A stretch of DNA of 64,000 nt from an uncultured Gemmatimonadales bacterium (GTDB lineage Bacteria > Gemmatimonadota > Gemmatimonadetes > Longimicrobiales > Gaopeijiaceae). A program made the position numbers and the translations under genes. Below the pieces are notes generated by a model. It searched no databases, was not told the DNA's origin, and saw only the letters and a program-made list of their open reading frames with translations. Numbering within the stretch: position 1 is the stretch's first letter; each line of letters opens with the position of its first letter. The stretch is from NCBI GenBank assembly GCA_963809895.1, contig CAWELD010000010.1, forward strand, positions 256,001 through 320,000. Direction: 5' to 3'. This document shows, piece after piece, positions 10,344 to 19,646 of this stretch.

Positions 10344-11345
10344 ATGGCCGAGTCGGACATGCGCGCCATCGTGCTGCGAGAGCACGGCGGGCCCGAGGTC
10401 ATGGAGTTGCGTCGCGTGGCCCGGCCGGTACCCGCCCGGGGCGAGCTCCTCGTGCGCGTGCACGCCTCCGGGGTGAACCGAGCGGACCTGAGCCAGCGCA
10501 GGGGGCACTACCCCGCACCTCCCGGGTGGCCCGCCGACATTCCCGGGCTCGAATACGCGGGCGTCGTCGAGGCCACGGGCGCGGACGCCGACCTCTTCCA
10601 GCCCGGGGATCGGGTCATGGGTCTCGTCGGGGGAGGTGGCTACGCGGAGCTCCTGTCGGTGCCGGAGCGAGAGGCGGTGGCCGTTCCTTCGGCGCTGGAC
10701 CTCGGGGAGGCGGGTGCCGTGCCCGAGGCCTTCTTCACGGCCTGGGATGCGCTGGTGCGGCAGACGGGCCTCTCCGGCGGCGAGACGGTGCTGGTCCACG
10801 CCGCAGGCAGTGGCGTGGGCACGGCGGCCATCCAGATCGCCCGCGCGTTGGGATGTCGCTCGGTGGGAACCTCGCGCACACCGGAGAAGCTGGAACGAGC
10901 GGCGGGGTTGGGCCTGGACCAGGGCATCCTCGTCGGCGGAGACGCGGACTGGCCCGCCGCGGTCCTGGAGGCCACCGGAGGGCGAGGCGTCGACGTGGTC
11001 CTGGATCTGGTGGGTGCCGCCTATCTGGAAGGCAACCTGCGCTGCCTCGCACCACGGGGCCGCTGGATCGTCGTAGGTGTGCCGTCGGGCCACGCCGGAA
11101 CGATGGACCTTCGCGCCCTCATGGGGCGCCGCGCCTCCATCACCGGCACGGTGCTCCGAGCGCGCCCTCCGGAAGAGAAGGCCGTGTTGGCGCGCGACGT
11201 GGCCAGGCGCCTGAATCCCCTGATCGAGAAGGGTGCCCTCGTGCCCGTCGTCGAGCGGGCCTACGCACCCGAAGAAGTGGCGGAGGCGCACCGCCGCATG
11301 GAGTCGAATCTCAACTTCGGCAAGCTCCTGATTGTCTGGCAATGA
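10344..11345 (+). CDS. NAD(P)H-quinone oxidoreductase (PIG3/zeta-crystallin MDR family)
   Basis: GVNRAD, PGLEYAG, HAAGSGVG nucleotide-binding motif, C-terminal FGKLL. Confidence 0.92.
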   Translation: MAESDMRAIVLREHGGPEVMELRRVARPVPARGELLVRVHASGVNRADLSQRRGHYPAPPGWPADIPGLEYAGVVEATGADADLFQPGDRVMGLVGGGGYAELLSVPEREAVAVPSALDLGEAGAVPEAFFTAWDALVRQTGLSGGETVLVHAAGSGVGTAAIQIARALGCRSVGTSRTPEKLERAAGLGLDQGILVGGDADWPAAVLEATGGRGVDVVLDLVGAAYLEGNLRCLAPRGRWIVVGVPSGHAGTMDLRALMGRRASITGTVLRARPPEEKAVLARDVARRLNPLIEKGALVPVVERAYAPEEVAEAHRRMESNLNFGKLLIVWQ

Positions 11346-11377
11346 GGAAGAGTGGAACGAACCCCAGGAGGACCCAC

Positions 11378-12760
11378 GTGAGGAGTCTCATCGCTACCGG
11401 CGTGCTCGCCGGCCTGTTCGTCGTCGTGCCCGTCGCCGTCCGCGCCCAGGACCAGGCTCCGGTGCCGCCCGACCGGGACGCGAGGATCTATGGGATCATC
11501 GAGCGTGCCTCGTCCGAGCGGATCGAGTCCGACATCCGGACGCTGGTGGGCTTCGGCACTCGCAATACGCTGTCCGACACGCTGTCGGATACCCGGGGCA
11601 TCGGCGCCGCCCGTCGCTGGATCAAGGCGGAATTCGACCGGATCTCGGCGGACTGCGGCGGCTGCCTGGAGGTGTCGTACCAGCGCATGCTGGTGGAGGC
11701 CCAGCCCCGCTCCCGGATCCAGGGGGACACCTGGGTCGTGAGCGTCGTGGCCGTCCTGCGGGGCACCACCGATCCGGGACGGTACGTCATCATGAGCGGC
11801 GACATCGACTCGCGGGCCTCGAGCGCCACCGACGCGGAGACCGACGCGCCGGGCGCCAACGACAACGCCTCGGGGATGGCGGGCGTGCTGGAGGCCGCCA
11901 GGATCCTGACGACCATGAGACCCTTCGGAGCCAGCATCGTGTTCGCCGGCCTCGCCGGAGAGGAGCAGGGGTTGTACGGCGGTCAGCACATGGCGCAGGT
12001 GGCCCGGGACGAGGGCTGGAAGATCACCGGCGTGCTGAACAACGACATGATCGGCAACATCGAAGGCATCGACGGCGTCATCGACAACTCGACCTTCCGC
12101 GTCTTCTCCCAGGCCACGCCGGTGCCGGACTATCAGCCACAGCGCTGGAACTATCGCTTGTACGGCGGCGAGGTGGACGGCCCCTCCCGGCAACTCGCGC
12201 GCTACGTCGCCCGCATCGCCGACGACTACTTCACGAATCTCGACGCCAGGATGATCTATCGCCTGGACCGCTTCGGCCGCGGGGGCCATCACCGTCCCTT
12301 CAACGACGCGGGCTTTCCCGGCGTGCGCATCATGGAGACCCACGAGAACTACAACCGACAGCATCAGGACGTGCGCATGGAGGACGGGATCGCCTACGGA
12401 GACGTGCTCGAGGGCGTCGATTTCGACTACGCCGCGCGCCTGACCGCGGTCAACGCCTCGGTGCTGGCATCGCTGGCGTGGGCTCCGGCGGCGCCCGAGA
12501 ACGTCCTCATCAACGGCGCCGTCCAACCGTCCACGACCCTGATGTGGGATCCCGTGGAGGACCCGGATCTCGCCGGATACCGGATCTACTGGCGCGACAC
12601 CACCGCACCCCAGTGGGAGCACTCGCGGTTCGTCGGCAAGGTCGATCGCTTCACCCTGGAGAACCTGGTGATCGACAACTACCTGTTCGGCGTGGCGGCG
12701 GTGGGGACGAGTGGCGACGAGAGCGTGGTGTCGTTTCCCGTGGGTCAGGGTCGGCGTTGA
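11378..12760 (+). CDS. M28 family metallopeptidase with C-terminal FN3-like domain
   Basis: Signal peptide, PGANDNASG, GEEQGL, NNDMIG, GGHH motifs; GTG start after SD AGGAGG (11366-11371); alternative ATG at 11342. Confidence 0.9.
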   Translation: MRSLIATGVLAGLFVVVPVAVRAQDQAPVPPDRDARIYGIIERASSERIESDIRTLVGFGTRNTLSDTLSDTRGIGAARRWIKAEFDRISADCGGCLEVSYQRMLVEAQPRSRIQGDTWVVSVVAVLRGTTDPGRYVIMSGDIDSRASSATDAETDAPGANDNASGMAGVLEAARILTTMRPFGASIVFAGLAGEEQGLYGGQHMAQVARDEGWKITGVLNNDMIGNIEGIDGVIDNSTFRVFSQATPVPDYQPQRWNYRLYGGEVDGPSRQLARYVARIADDYFTNLDARMIYRLDRFGRGGHHRPFNDAGFPGVRIMETHENYNRQHQDVRMEDGIAYGDVLEGVDFDYAARLTAVNASVLASLAWAPAAPENVLINGAVQPSTTLMWDPVEDPDLAGYRIYWRDTTAPQWEHSRFVGKVDRFTLENLVIDNYLFGVAAVGTSGDESVVSFPVGQGRR

Positions 12761-13378
12761 TCATCCGCTCCCGGGCTCAGGCTGCGACCCGGACGCATGG
12801 GTGTGCCCCGGCGGCACGAGGAGGTCCTCCAGAAAGAAGGCGGCGAGCTCGGAGCGCCCCGCCAGGCCGGCTTTTCGGTAGACCTCACGAGCCTGTTGGC
12901 GGACCGTGCGCTCGGAGGTGTCACGAACCCGGGCGGCTTCGCGATGGCTGAGCCCCTTCAACAGCAGGAGCGCCACGTCCCGCTCGGCGGGGGTGAGCTG
13001 CCAGCGGTCGAACTGCCGCCCCATGCTTCGGCCGAGGCCCTCGAGGAGGTCGCGGGCTTCGTGGCGCCAGCGCTGGGCTTCGGCTCGGGCGGTATCCACG
13101 TCCCGGGCCAGGAGTCGCGCCTCCACCCGCGCCCGACGCATCCTCAGGAAGAGGTGCAGGGCGCCGGCGCCGGCGGTGAGCATGAGCGTGCCTTCGAGCA
13201 CCAGGTGCAGGGGTCTCGCGCCCGAGCGGCTGTCGAGCACCAGGTCGGCTCCGACCAGGATCACCACCGCCACCAGGACCGCCAGGACGAGCTTCAGCCC
13301 TCCTTCATCCGACGCATCGGCCTCTCCCGAAGGCGAGTTCGTAATGCGTGACCGCGTCGCTAAGTCGTTGTCGTTCAT
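12761..13378 (-). CDS. Membrane-anchored LuxR-type HTH regulator
   Basis: Two N-terminal TM helices, a coiled linker, and C-terminal LTPAERDVALLLLKGLSHREAA...SERTVRQQ HTH; no receiver domain. Confidence 0.85.
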   Translation of the reverse strand: MNDNDLATRSRITNSPSGEADASDEGGLKLVLAVLVAVVILVGADLVLDSRSGARPLHLVLEGTLMLTAGAGALHLFLRMRRARVEARLLARDVDTARAEAQRWRHEARDLLEGLGRSMGRQFDRWQLTPAERDVALLLLKGLSHREAARVRDTSERTVRQQAREVYRKAGLAGRSELAAFFLEDLLVPPGHTHASGSQPEPGSG

Positions 13379-13512
13379 CGTGGTGCCATGTTATCGCACA
13401 TCTGACGGATAGCGCTACCCGCGGGGATTCGGCATCGTTCACCATCCTGGAAGGGATCGGCCTGGGATGGGCCTGAACGAGAACCTGTGCATTCATTCTG
13501 CGGAACCGAACC

Positions 13513-14052
13513 ATGAGCAAGCGATCCGGGTGGACCCTCAAGATCATCATCGGCCTGGCGGTCGTCGCCGTGGGCATCCAGTTCATTCCGGTGGATCGTT
13601 CGAATCCTCCGGTGGCGCAGGCAGCCCTCGTCCCTCCCAGCGAGGAAGTCGGCGCCATTCTCCGGACGGCGTGTTACGACTGTCATTCCAACGAGACCGA
13701 ATGGCCGTGGTACTCCAGTGTCGCGCCGGCCTCCTGGCTCCTGGCGGACCATGTGTCCGAGGGCCGTCGCGAGCTCAACTTCTCGACCTGGGCGGAGCAG
13801 CAGCCGCGCCGCATGGACCACAAGCTCGAGGAGTTGGTCGAGAAGGTCCGGGACGGGGAGATGCCGCTCAAGAGCTACACCCTGATGCATCCCCAGGCCC
13901 GACTCACCGACGAGGACCGCCAGGTCCTGATCGCATGGGCCCGGGACGCCCGCGCACAACTGGACGTGCCGGCGGATCAGCAGATGGAGCACGGCGAGGA
14001 GCGGGGTGAGCGGGAGTCGGGGGAGCGCGGATCAGGCCAGCGGGACCGCTGA
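13513..14052 (+). CDS. Heme-binding (Haem_bd-like) c-type cytochrome
   Basis: N-terminal signal/anchor, CYDCH heme motif, WPWYS and LNFS motifs, distal EMP Met. Confidence 0.85.
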   Translation: MSKRSGWTLKIIIGLAVVAVGIQFIPVDRSNPPVAQAALVPPSEEVGAILRTACYDCHSNETEWPWYSSVAPASWLLADHVSEGRRELNFSTWAEQQPRRMDHKLEELVEKVRDGEMPLKSYTLMHPQARLTDEDRQVLIAWARDARAQLDVPADQQMEHGEERGERESGERGSGQRDR

Positions 14053-14083
14053 AGCCCCGGTAGGTCGGGGCGGAGCCCGGTGG

Positions 14084-15178
14084 CTATCCGCCGCCGGGCG
14101 ATGCGCCTGCCCCCGGCAGCTCCAGCCGGACCCGCACGCCATTTCCGTACTCCACCCGCACGTGGTCGGCATCCAGCGGCGCTTCGCCCGCGTCCTCGAC
14201 CCAGAGCGCGGTGAGCCGGCCATCGGGGAAGTAGCGCTCGATGAAGGCCTTCCCACGATCGGGGCCCAGCACGAAGAGTAGCGTGGAGAGGGCGTCGGCG
14301 GTCATACCGTCGTCGGCCGCCACGGTGACGGCCACCACGCCCTGGGCGGGCTCTCCGGTGGTGGGGTCCATGATGTGGCTGTAGCGGGCCCCGCCATCCT
14401 CGAACATCTGCTCGTAGTCCCCCGACGTCGCCACGGATCCCGACCGCACCGCCACCGTTCCCATGAGGTCGTCCGGTGCCCGTGGATGGCGGATACCCAG
14501 CACCCAGAGGGAGTCCGCCCCGGGCGGGGCGCCGAATACGCTCACGTTGCCGCCCAGGTCGGCGAGGGCCGACGTAGCTCCGGCCTCACGCATGGCCTCC
14601 AGCGCCCGGTCCAACGCGAACCCCTTGGCCAGGGCCCCGAAGTCCAGTTGCATGCCCGAGCGTTCGAGTCGGGCACGGGCGCCGGCGCTGTCCACCGTCA
14701 CGCCCTCCCATCCGACCAGGGCTTCGGCCCGGGCGAGGGCGTCTGGATCGGGACGGCCGGGCTCGTGCTGAAAGAAGCCCCACGCCTTCATGAGGGGCCC
14801 CACCGTGGGATCGAACGCCCCCTGGGAACGGCGTGCCCAGGTCAGGGCGGCGCCCAATACCTCGAGGGTCCACGGGGACAGCGGTGTCCAACGACCGGTG
14901 CCGGCCGCGTCGTTCAGGCGCGAGATCTCGGAGTCGGGTTTGTAGTTGCTCATGAGCGAGTCCACCCGGAACACCGCGGCCCGGCCTGCCTCGGCGGCCG
15001 TGCCGGCGGTCTCCTGATCCGCCGCCCATGCGCTCACCTGGAGCACCGTGCCCATGACGGGTACCGAGCGGTCGACCCTGGAACCGGGCACGGGGCCCTC
15101 GCCCGCGCACGCCGAGAGAGCGCCCAGGACCACGGCCGCGAAGGCGGCCACCAGGACGTGGCGGCTCCGGAGGGTCAC
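14084..15178 (-). CDS. apbE: FAD:protein FMN transferase lipoprotein
   Basis: Lipobox LSAC, MGT, FDPTVGPL, DFGALAKG, VATSGDYE, HIMDP, ADALST motifs. Confidence 0.92.
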   Translation of the reverse strand: MTLRSRHVLVAAFAAVVLGALSACAGEGPVPGSRVDRSVPVMGTVLQVSAWAADQETAGTAAEAGRAAVFRVDSLMSNYKPDSEISRLNDAAGTGRWTPLSPWTLEVLGAALTWARRSQGAFDPTVGPLMKAWGFFQHEPGRPDPDALARAEALVGWEGVTVDSAGARARLERSGMQLDFGALAKGFALDRALEAMREAGATSALADLGGNVSVFGAPPGADSLWVLGIRHPRAPDDLMGTVAVRSGSVATSGDYEQMFEDGGARYSHIMDPTTGEPAQGVVAVTVAADDGMTADALSTLLFVLGPDRGKAFIERYFPDGRLTALWVEDAGEAPLDADHVRVEYGNGVRVRLELPGAGASPGGG

Positions 15179-15192
15179 GACTGGTTGACTCG

Positions 15193-18024
15193 TCAGTCCT
15201 GACGCCCGAGGCCCAGCGCGTCACGGACCACGCGTTCCTGCTCCTGGGCGTGGGCCCTGGCCCGGCCCTCGGCGGGGCTGGCCCGCTCGGGTCGTGACAC
15301 GTGGCGTAGCGGGAGCGTCCGGGGAACCACCGCCCGCAGCCGGGGACCGATGAAGGTGAGGGCGCCCATATTGCGGGGTTCCTCCTGGACCCAGACCACC
15401 TCCTCGAGCGACGGATAGCCCTTCACGACCGCCTCGATGTCGGCCGCGGGGAAGGGATAGAGCTGCTCGACCCGGGCCACGGCCACATGAGGCGCCTGAT
15501 CGCGTTCGCCGTAGCCCTGGATGTCGTAGTACACCTTGCCGGAGCAGAGCACCAGGCGACGGATCTCCGACCGCTCGCTGGCCAACTCACGATCGTCCAG
15601 CACCGGGTGGAAGCGTCCGTCGACCAGCTCCGAGGCGGGGGAGCTGGCGGCGGGAAGACGGAGCAGGCTCTTGGGCGTCATCACCACCTGCGGGTGCTCG
15701 GGACGCGCGTAGGCCTGACGTCGCAGCATGTGGAAGTACTGCGCCGGCGTGCTCGGATAGAGGACCCGCAGGTTCTCCTCGGCACAGAGCTGCAGGAAGC
15801 GCTCGAGCCGGGCGCTGGAGTGCTCCGGTCCCTGTCCCTCGTACCCGTGGGGGAGCAGCAGCGTCAGATTCGACACCTGTCCCCACTTCTGGCGGCCCGA
15901 CGAGATGAACTGGTCGATGGCCACCTGCGCCGCGTTCACGAAGTCTCCGAACTGGGCCTCCCACAGGACCAGGTCCTCCTTGCTCGCCACCGAGTAGCCG
16001 TACTCGAATCCCACGACCGCAGCCTCGGTGAGCGGCGAGTTGTAGATCTCGAAGCGGCCGTCGCCCACGTGGGCCAGCGGTGTGTAGGTCTCGCCGGTCT
16101 CGACGTCGTGGAGCACCAGGTGCCGTTGGCTGAAGGTGCCGCGCTGAGAGTCCTGTCCCGAGAGCCGTACCACCCGGGCCTCCTCCAGCAACGATCCCAG
16201 TGCCAGGGTCTCGGCGTAGGCCCAGTCCAGCCGGGTGTCTTCGGTGAAGCTCTCCCGCCGGCGATCGAGCTGGCGCTTCAGTTTGGGATGCACGGTGAAG
16301 CCTTCGGGAGCGCTGAGGGCGGCCTCGTTGAGATGGGCCAGCCGCTCCAGCGGCACGCCGGTGTCGGGCTCCACCACCTCGACGGCCTCGTCGATCACGG
16401 GGCTCGTGTCGCCGTTCTTGAGCTCTTCCTGGATGCGGTCCTGGGCCTCGCGGAAGATGCGGGCCACCTCGTCGTCCATGGCGTCGACGTCGTCCTGCGA
16501 GACGACGCCCTCTTCCACCAGACGCCGCGCCAGGATCGTGCGCACGGTGGGGTGCTCCCCGATGCGGGCATAGAGCCGGGGCTGCGTGTACGCCGGCTCG
16601 TCGCCTTCGTTGTGGCCGTGGCGACGGTACCCCACCAGATCGATGACCACGTCGTCGTGGAAGCGGTCCCGGTACGCCATGGCCATGCGCATGGCCGCCA
16701 GGCACGCCTCGGGCTCGTCGGCGTTCACGTGCAGGATCGGAAAGTCGTAGCCTTTGGCCAGGTCGCTGGCGTACAGGGTGGACCGCCCCTCGCTGGGCGT
16801 GGTCGTGAACCCGATCTGGTTGTTGGCGATCACGTGGACGGTGCCGCCCACGGAGTAGCCCTCCAGGCGGGCCATGTTGAGACCTTCGGCGACGATTCCC
16901 TCGGCGGCGAAGGCCGCGTCGCCGTGGATCAGCACCGGTACCACGGCGTCGGTGTCCTGTGTCGCGTCGCCGTTTCCGTCTCCGAACTGCCAGGCCCGCG
17001 TCATGCCCATGACCACCGGGTTCACGAATTCCAGGTGGCTGGGATTCGGGGCGAGGACCACGTCCATGGTCGTGCCGTCGGGCAGCGTGTACTCGCCCCG
17101 GGCTCCGTGGTGGTATTTCACGTCACCCGTGCCCGCCACCGCCAGCGCGCCTCGTCCCTTGAGGCCCTCGAACTCCCGGAACATCTCCCCGTAGGAGACC
17201 CCGAGAATGTGCGTGAGCACGTTGAGGCGGCCGCGGTGCGCCATGCCGATCACGACTTTCGTGCCACCACGGGCGGCGGCTTCCACCAGCGCCGTATCCA
17301 GCATGGGCACGAGCATGTCGGTGCCCTCGATGGAGAAGCGCTTCTGCCCCAGGTAGGCCCGCTGCAGGAATTGCTCGAATCCCTCGACGCTGGTCAGGCG
17401 CTCCAGAAGCCGGCGGCGTTCGTCGGCCGAGGGCGGGCTCGTGTGGATGCCCGACTCCACCTGATCCCACATCCAGCGCACGCGCTCCGGGTCGACCAGG
17501 TGCTCGAACTCGTAGGCGATGGCGCTGCAGTAGGCCTCACGCAGGCGGCGCAGAGCGTGCGCCACGCTCTCTCCGGGCGTGGCCTCGGACTCGTCCATGA
17601 TGATGGAGGCGGGCACTTCTTCCAGCTCCTCCATGGAGGTGCCGAAGAACGACGGATCCAACTGGGGATGTCCGGGCGGATCGCTTCCCAGCGGATCGAT
17701 GTGCGCCAGCATGTGCCCGTGGTCCCGGAAGGCCTGCACGAAGGAAGTCGCCCGGGCCACCACCGGGAGCAGCCGCTCCAGACGGGCGGCGTCGGCGCTG
17801 GCGGGCACCTCCGACGGCCTGGCGGCAGGCGGTGCGGGAGCGGCCACGCCTCCGTTGCCCGAGAGGCTCTCCGGCACCAGCAGGCCGGCCGCCTCGGCGG
17901 CGCCCGTGCCCCGGGCGAAGAAGGTTCGCCAGGACTCCGGCACGGCTTCCGGATTGCGGGCGAATTCCTCGTAGAGCGCCTGCGCGTACGCGGCGTTCTG
18001 ACTATCGAATGGCGTGTCGCTCAT
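15193..18024 (-). CDS. sucA: 2-oxoglutarate dehydrogenase E1 component
   Basis: KRFSIEG, GMAHRGRLN, HGDAAF TPP motif, WEAQFGDF, PEHSSARLERFLQ. Confidence 0.96.
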   Translation of the reverse strand: MSDTPFDSQNAAYAQALYEEFARNPEAVPESWRTFFARGTGAAEAAGLLVPESLSGNGGVAAPAPPAARPSEVPASADAARLERLLPVVARATSFVQAFRDHGHMLAHIDPLGSDPPGHPQLDPSFFGTSMEELEEVPASIIMDESEATPGESVAHALRRLREAYCSAIAYEFEHLVDPERVRWMWDQVESGIHTSPPSADERRRLLERLTSVEGFEQFLQRAYLGQKRFSIEGTDMLVPMLDTALVEAAARGGTKVVIGMAHRGRLNVLTHILGVSYGEMFREFEGLKGRGALAVAGTGDVKYHHGARGEYTLPDGTTMDVVLAPNPSHLEFVNPVVMGMTRAWQFGDGNGDATQDTDAVVPVLIHGDAAFAAEGIVAEGLNMARLEGYSVGGTVHVIANNQIGFTTTPSEGRSTLYASDLAKGYDFPILHVNADEPEACLAAMRMAMAYRDRFHDDVVIDLVGYRRHGHNEGDEPAYTQPRLYARIGEHPTVRTILARRLVEEGVVSQDDVDAMDDEVARIFREAQDRIQEELKNGDTSPVIDEAVEVVEPDTGVPLERLAHLNEAALSAPEGFTVHPKLKRQLDRRRESFTEDTRLDWAYAETLALGSLLEEARVVRLSGQDSQRGTFSQRHLVLHDVETGETYTPLAHVGDGRFEIYNSPLTEAAVVGFEYGYSVASKEDLVLWEAQFGDFVNAAQVAIDQFISSGRQKWGQVSNLTLLLPHGYEGQGPEHSSARLERFLQLCAEENLRVLYPSTPAQYFHMLRRQAYARPEHPQVVMTPKSLLRLPAASSPASELVDGRFHPVLDDRELASERSEIRRLVLCSGKVYYDIQGYGERDQAPHVAVARVEQLYPFPAADIEAVVKGYPSLEEVVWVQEEPRNMGALTFIGPRLRAVVPRTLPLRHVSRPERASPAEGRARAHAQEQERVVRDALGLGRQD

Positions 18025-18155
18025 TGGGTCCTGATCCAGGTACGGACATCCCCTGCTTCCTTCGGCCTTCAAAGCTACGAAAATTCGTTCTCGGGGCGAG
18101 GGCGGCCGGGGGCGCCCGTGGCCTGTCCCGGAGCGTCCTCCTATTGTTCGCCGCC

Positions 18156-18938
18156 ATGGATACCCTCTCGCCTCCCCACGGACCCACGATCTCCGAAGAG
18201 GCCGCCGTCGGGCCCGTGCCCTATGCGGTCCACCCCGGCTGGCGGCGGGCGTTCCCCTGGCTCGCTCACGGAATCACCCGGGAAGGGGATCCAGCGACCC
18301 CGTGGGACATGGCGCTTTTCGGGGACGGCGCCGCGGCCCCCACTCTGCGCCGCTGGCAGTCGCTTCTCGACGCCGTGGGCATGGACCGGGCCGTGCACGC
18401 CCGCCAGGTGCACGGCGCGGCGGTGCGTGTCCACGACGGCCTCGCCCCGGGGATTCGACTCGCCCCGGATTGCGATGGGCACGTGACCGGCGCGCCGGGC
18501 GTGCTGCTGGCGGTCACGGTGGCGGACTGCGTGCCGGTGTGGCTGGTCCACCCCCGGCGGCGCGCGGTCGCCCTCCTGCACGCGGGCTGGCGTGGCATCG
18601 CCGCCGGCGTCCTGGAGTCGGGGCTCGCGGCGCTTCGGACGCGGTTCGGCATCTCGGCCGGGGAGCTGCACCTGCACCTCGGGCCCGCCATCTGCGGCCG
18701 ATGCTACGAGGTGGGCCCGGAGGTGCACGACGCCCTGGGCTTGCCCCGGCCGGAACGGCCCACTCCCGTGGACCTGCGCACGCTGCTCCGGGAGCGAGCG
18801 ATCAGCGCCGGCGTGCAGGAGGCGCACACCACCGCCTCGGCGCACTGCACGCGTTGCGGAGAGCTGGACCTGTTCTCGCATCGGCGAGGCCGGTACGAGC
18901 GCCAGGTGGCCTTCGCGGGCATCCGTGTCGGGGCCTGA
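18156..18938 (+). CDS. pgeF: YfiH/PgeF family purine nucleoside phosphorylase (laccase-domain protein)
   Basis: QVHG, VADCVPV, HAGWRG, GPAICxxCYEVG, CTxC..FSHR motifs. Confidence 0.88.
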   Translation: MDTLSPPHGPTISEEAAVGPVPYAVHPGWRRAFPWLAHGITREGDPATPWDMALFGDGAAAPTLRRWQSLLDAVGMDRAVHARQVHGAAVRVHDGLAPGIRLAPDCDGHVTGAPGVLLAVTVADCVPVWLVHPRRRAVALLHAGWRGIAAGVLESGLAALRTRFGISAGELHLHLGPAICGRCYEVGPEVHDALGLPRPERPTPVDLRTLLRERAISAGVQEAHTTASAHCTRCGELDLFSHRRGRYERQVAFAGIRVGA

Positions 18939-18956
18939 CGGTGGGGGTGGCGGGTG

Positions 18957-19175
18957 ATGCCCCGCGGCGAGGTGTTGCCGGGCCTGTGTGGAGACTGCCG
19001 CCACGCGCGCGTGATCGAGAACCGTCGGGGCTCCACCTTCTATCTGTGCGAGCGTTCTCGCACCGATCCCCGCTTTCCCAGGTACCCGCCTCTGCCGGTA
19101 CTGGCCTGCCCGGGCTTCGAACCCGCGGCCCACGATCCCCCTGACAACCACCAATCCGAAACGGAGAGACCATGA
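18957..19175 (+). CDS. Small 4-Cys hypothetical protein (possible Zn or Fe-S binding)
   Basis: About 72 aa, CGDC...C...C pattern; stop overlaps the next start (ATGA). Confidence 0.75.
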   Translation: MPRGEVLPGLCGDCRHARVIENRRGSTFYLCERSRTDPRFPRYPPLPVLACPGFEPAAHDPPDNHQSETERP

Positions 19176-19642
19176 GCGAGCCCTTCTACGTATCGCGCTG
19201 CACGGTGACCCGGGTGGCCGGCGTCCACCGTCGAGCCCGCCTCCAGGACGGCACCATCGTGGAGATGGGCGTCCACGGCGCCATCAAGCGACACTACGGC
19301 CTGGACGCCGAGCCGGACCTTCCGCTGCCGGTGGATCTGCTGGTGGCCGCCGCTGCCGGGTGACTACTGGGAACCCTCAATGGCGCGCTGGAGGCGCGCG
19401 AGATCCTTCTCTCGCCCGACGACCTCACGGTCGAGGCCGAGGGCATCAACGAGATCCGGGACCGGGTGCCCGTGCTGACCCTGATCCAGGTGCACTACAC
19501 CATGACCATTCCCCGGGGAACGCGTGACGCCGTGGACCGGGCGCTGGCCCGGCACGTCGATCGGTGTCCCACCGCGTGCTCGCTCAAGGGCGCGGTGTCG
19601 GTGACGTGGACCGCGGAGATCGAGGAGGCGGACGAGGCGTAG
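19172..19642 (+). CDS. OsmC/Ohr-like protein, probable selenoprotein (UGA 19361-19363 read as Sec)
   Basis: PVDLLVAAAAG-[TGA]-LLGTLNGAL matches the OsmC first-Cys motif. The frame stays open to TAG 19640-19642 and includes the second motif RCPTA. SECIS-like hairpin follows. 156 aa total. Confidence 0.85.
19364..19408 (+). promoter_or_regulatory. Candidate bacterial SECIS element
   Basis: GCGCGC (19383-88), loop TGGAG, GCGCGC (19394-99); the loop starts 25 nt after UGA with G at loop position 2; lower pairings CTC/GAG and GGA/TCC possible. Confidence 0.65.
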
Positions 19643-19646
19643 CCCG

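Noticed and set aside
15487..18486. 999-aa plus-strand ORF, and similar long ORFs at 21882-25664, 60747-63380, 5371-7266 and 45661-47589
   Set aside because: These are antisense shadows of well-supported genes. They are expected at this GC content and show no recognisable motifs.
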